Source: Macrostomum lignano
Lineage: Eukaryota
Length of the DNA stretch: 64,000 bases
Direction of reading: 5' to 3'
Assembly: GCA_002269645.1 (NCBI GenBank)
Contig: NIVC01000293.1
Location: 372,001 to 436,000, forward strand
Shown in pieces: positions 61,713 to 64,000 of the stretch; positions within the stretch are counted from its first letter, which is position 1; each line of letters opens with the position of its first letter. Both the position numbers and the translations under genes were made by a program. Below the pieces are notes generated by a model, which was not told where the DNA came from, made no database searches, and saw only the letters and a list, made by a program, of their open reading frames with translations.

Positions 61713-62439
61713 ACTCTCTGTGCTCAAGGAGTCAGCAGAATGGGCGGCCGACCGAGGTCGTTGAGAAGATGCTCTTGAGAAGATTATTGTTATGAATTTG
61801 ACATTTAAAAAAAATTCTGACATAATTAACCGAAGCAAAATTGAAGCTCATCGAAGACTGCTCGGTTTTCTTTGCCCCAGATCTCTCAGCTTGAGTTGTC
61901 CATATCGGGATGGGGAGGTTGGGCGGATATTACGGGGCTCGGAGGAGCAGAGACAGAGAGAGAGAGACAAAAATGACCGAGCCCTGTGATTAACATCTAG
62001 CCAGAGCATTTTGGGGGGCAGGGAGCAGGTGTGCGGGGAAGAGCAGAGAGGCAAGCTCGGCTGAGGATGGAAATGACTGGGGGAGGATTAGCCATGAAGA
62101 CAGGGGAACACACTGTAGCAATTCAAAGGAGCTGACGGCTTCTGGTTTCGTGTTTCTGGCTCTCCTACCTCCCGAGAATTTTCTGCTTTCACCGTCCATG
62201 GCTTTGCGCTGCCGTTCTCCGCTACCAAATCTAATCCTAGCGTAGGGTTCACTCGGAGAGAGCTGGGATATTCTATAGTAGAGAGCAAAGGTAAAACTAT
62301 GGGAAATAGGCATTTATTGTAGTGTTCGAGTTAATTTGGAAAATATTATTGACGTAAACTCTATTGTAAATACACAAGCTTAAAAAATTAAATTAGATAT
62401 AGTAAATTAGATCAGATTAGATAGATAGAGTTTCTATAG

Positions 62440-63110
62440 TTTCCTAGAAACAGTGTGTAGGTTGGGGTAGGTTCAAAGAGTAGTGAGTTTCTTAGAAATA
62501 ATTTGTAGATTTGGGTAGGTTCAAAGAGTAGTGAGTTTCTTATAAATAATTTGTAGGTTGGGGTAGGTTCAAAGAGTAGTGAGTTTCTTAGAAATAATTT
62601 GTAGGTTGGGGTAGGTTCAAAGAGTAGTGAGTTTCTTAGAAATAATTTGTAGGTTGGGGTAGGTTCAAAGAGTAGTGAGTTTCTTAGAAATAATTTGTAG
62701 GTTGGGGTAGGTTCAAAGAGTAGTAAGTTTCTTAGAAATAATTTGTAGGTTGGGGTAGGTTCAAAGAGTAGTGAGTTTCTTAGAAACAATTTGTAGATTG
62801 GGGTAGGTTCAAGGAGTAGAGAGTTTCTTAGAAATAATTTGTAGATTGGGCTGGGTTCAATGAGTAGAGAGTTTCTTAGAAACAGTGTGTAGGTTGGGCT
62901 GGGTTCAAGGAGTAGAGAGTTTCTTAGAAACAGTGTGTAGGTTGGGCTGGGTTCAATGAGTAGAGAGTTTCTTAGAAATAATTTGTAGATTGGGGTAGGT
63001 TCAATGAGTGGAGAGTTTCTTAGAAACAGTGTGTAGGGTGGGGTAGGTTCAATGAGTGGAGAGTTTCTTAGAAACAGTGTGTAGGGTGGGGTAGGTTCAA
63101 GGAGTAGAGA
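62440..63110 (+). repeat. 48-bp minisatellite
   Basis: AGGTTGGGGTAGGTTCAAAGAGTAGTGAGTTTCTTAGAAATAATTTGT units. Confidence 0.95.
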
Positions 63111-63334
63111 ATTTCTTTGAAAAATAAATATAATGCTCAAGCATTAAGACTGGAGACACTGAAATTGTCTTGACATTGACAGCAGCACTTGATGCTGTAA
63201 CACAGGCGTGCTATAAATATAGGGGTGCAGACTTATGGCACCTCAGTGGATTGATGACATCTGAGTGCCAGAAATAGATGTGCAATTGTTTTGTGATTGG
63301 TTTGGCATGATAAAACTTGATTAGACTAGATTGT

Positions 63335-64000
63335 AAAGCAATGAGACTAGACTCACATAGACATGTCTCTAGTGAGACTAAATTCATATAGACACAGAGA
63401 TACTTTAGATCCATATTGACACAGTGAGACTAGATCCAATATTGACACAGTGAGACTAGATCCATATTGACACAGTGAGACTAGATCCAATATTGACACA
63501 GTGAGACTAGATCCAATATTGACACAGTGAGACTAGATCCAATGTTGACACAGTGAGACTAGATCCAATATTGACACAGTGAGACTAGATCCAATATTGA
63601 CACAGTGAGACTAGATCCAATATTGACACAGTGAGACTAGATCCAATATTGACACAGTGAGACTAGATCCAATATTGACACAGTGAAATTAGATCCAATA
63701 TAGATCACAGTAAGACTGGATCCATAAAGACACAGTGAGATTAGACCCATATAGACACAGTGAGACTAGATCCAATAAAAACATAGTGAGATTAGATCCT
63801 TATAGACACGGTGAGGCTGGATCAAATATAGACACAGTGAGATTTGATCCAATATAGACACAGTGAAACTAGATCAAATATAGACACAATGAGACTAGAT
63901 CCAATATAGACACAATGAGACTAGATCCAATATAGACACAATGAGACTAGATACTAATAGACACAGTGAGATTAGATCCTTATAGACACGGTGAGACTAG
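63335..64000 (+). repeat. 26-bp minisatellite running off the window end
   Basis: GTGAGACTAGATCCAATATTGACACA units. Confidence 0.95.

Noticed and set aside
40264-63140. Low-complexity ORFs (40264, 44083, 47490, 49710, 50583, 53421, 54430, 55748, 56789, 61422, 62412 and similar)
   Set aside because: All are translations of tandem repeats without protein-family motifs.
60460-63414. N-terminal half of the THAP domain (first CtBP exon)
   Set aside because: I translated the non-repetitive stretches on the minus strand and found no C-x2-4-C...W THAP motif; it probably lies beyond the window.

Overview
Metazoan nuclear DNA, not prokaryotic. GC-rich exons inside minisatellite-filled introns and the RTE/SINE content fit a free-living flatworm such as Macrostomum (inference, unconfirmed). 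The left half (1-30 kb) is a transposon nest. It holds a full-length Ty3/Gypsy LTR element (TSD TTAAA) with a solo-LTR-like insert, and a 5'-truncated RNase H-bearing R1/LOA-like LINE. Next is a complete 8.7-kb EnSpm/CACTA DNA transposon whose second gene is interrupted by a 1.9-kb tyrosine-recombinase (Ngaro-like, split-direct-repeat) mini-element. LINE fragments and a decayed piggyBac carrying a MITE follow. The right half (30-64 kb) holds four spliced host genes: GATD3/ES1 (+), a BMP type I receptor (+), ATG5 (+) and a convergent THAP-domain CtBP (-) whose first exon(s) were not found in the window. Almost every large intron and intergenic gap is filled by its own private minisatellite, so most ORF-track entries there are spurious. 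Top leads: (1) the YR mini-element, whose precise excision would restore the CACTA ORF2 frame; (2) ATG5 starting at a splice acceptor exactly at codon 2, as expected if a spliced-leader AUG supplies the start; (3) intron-private minisatellites; (4) THAP-CtBP with the catalytic triad lost; (5) a 1.4-kb satellite grown from a SINE head. Coordinates were read by eye; repeat-array edges are approximate.
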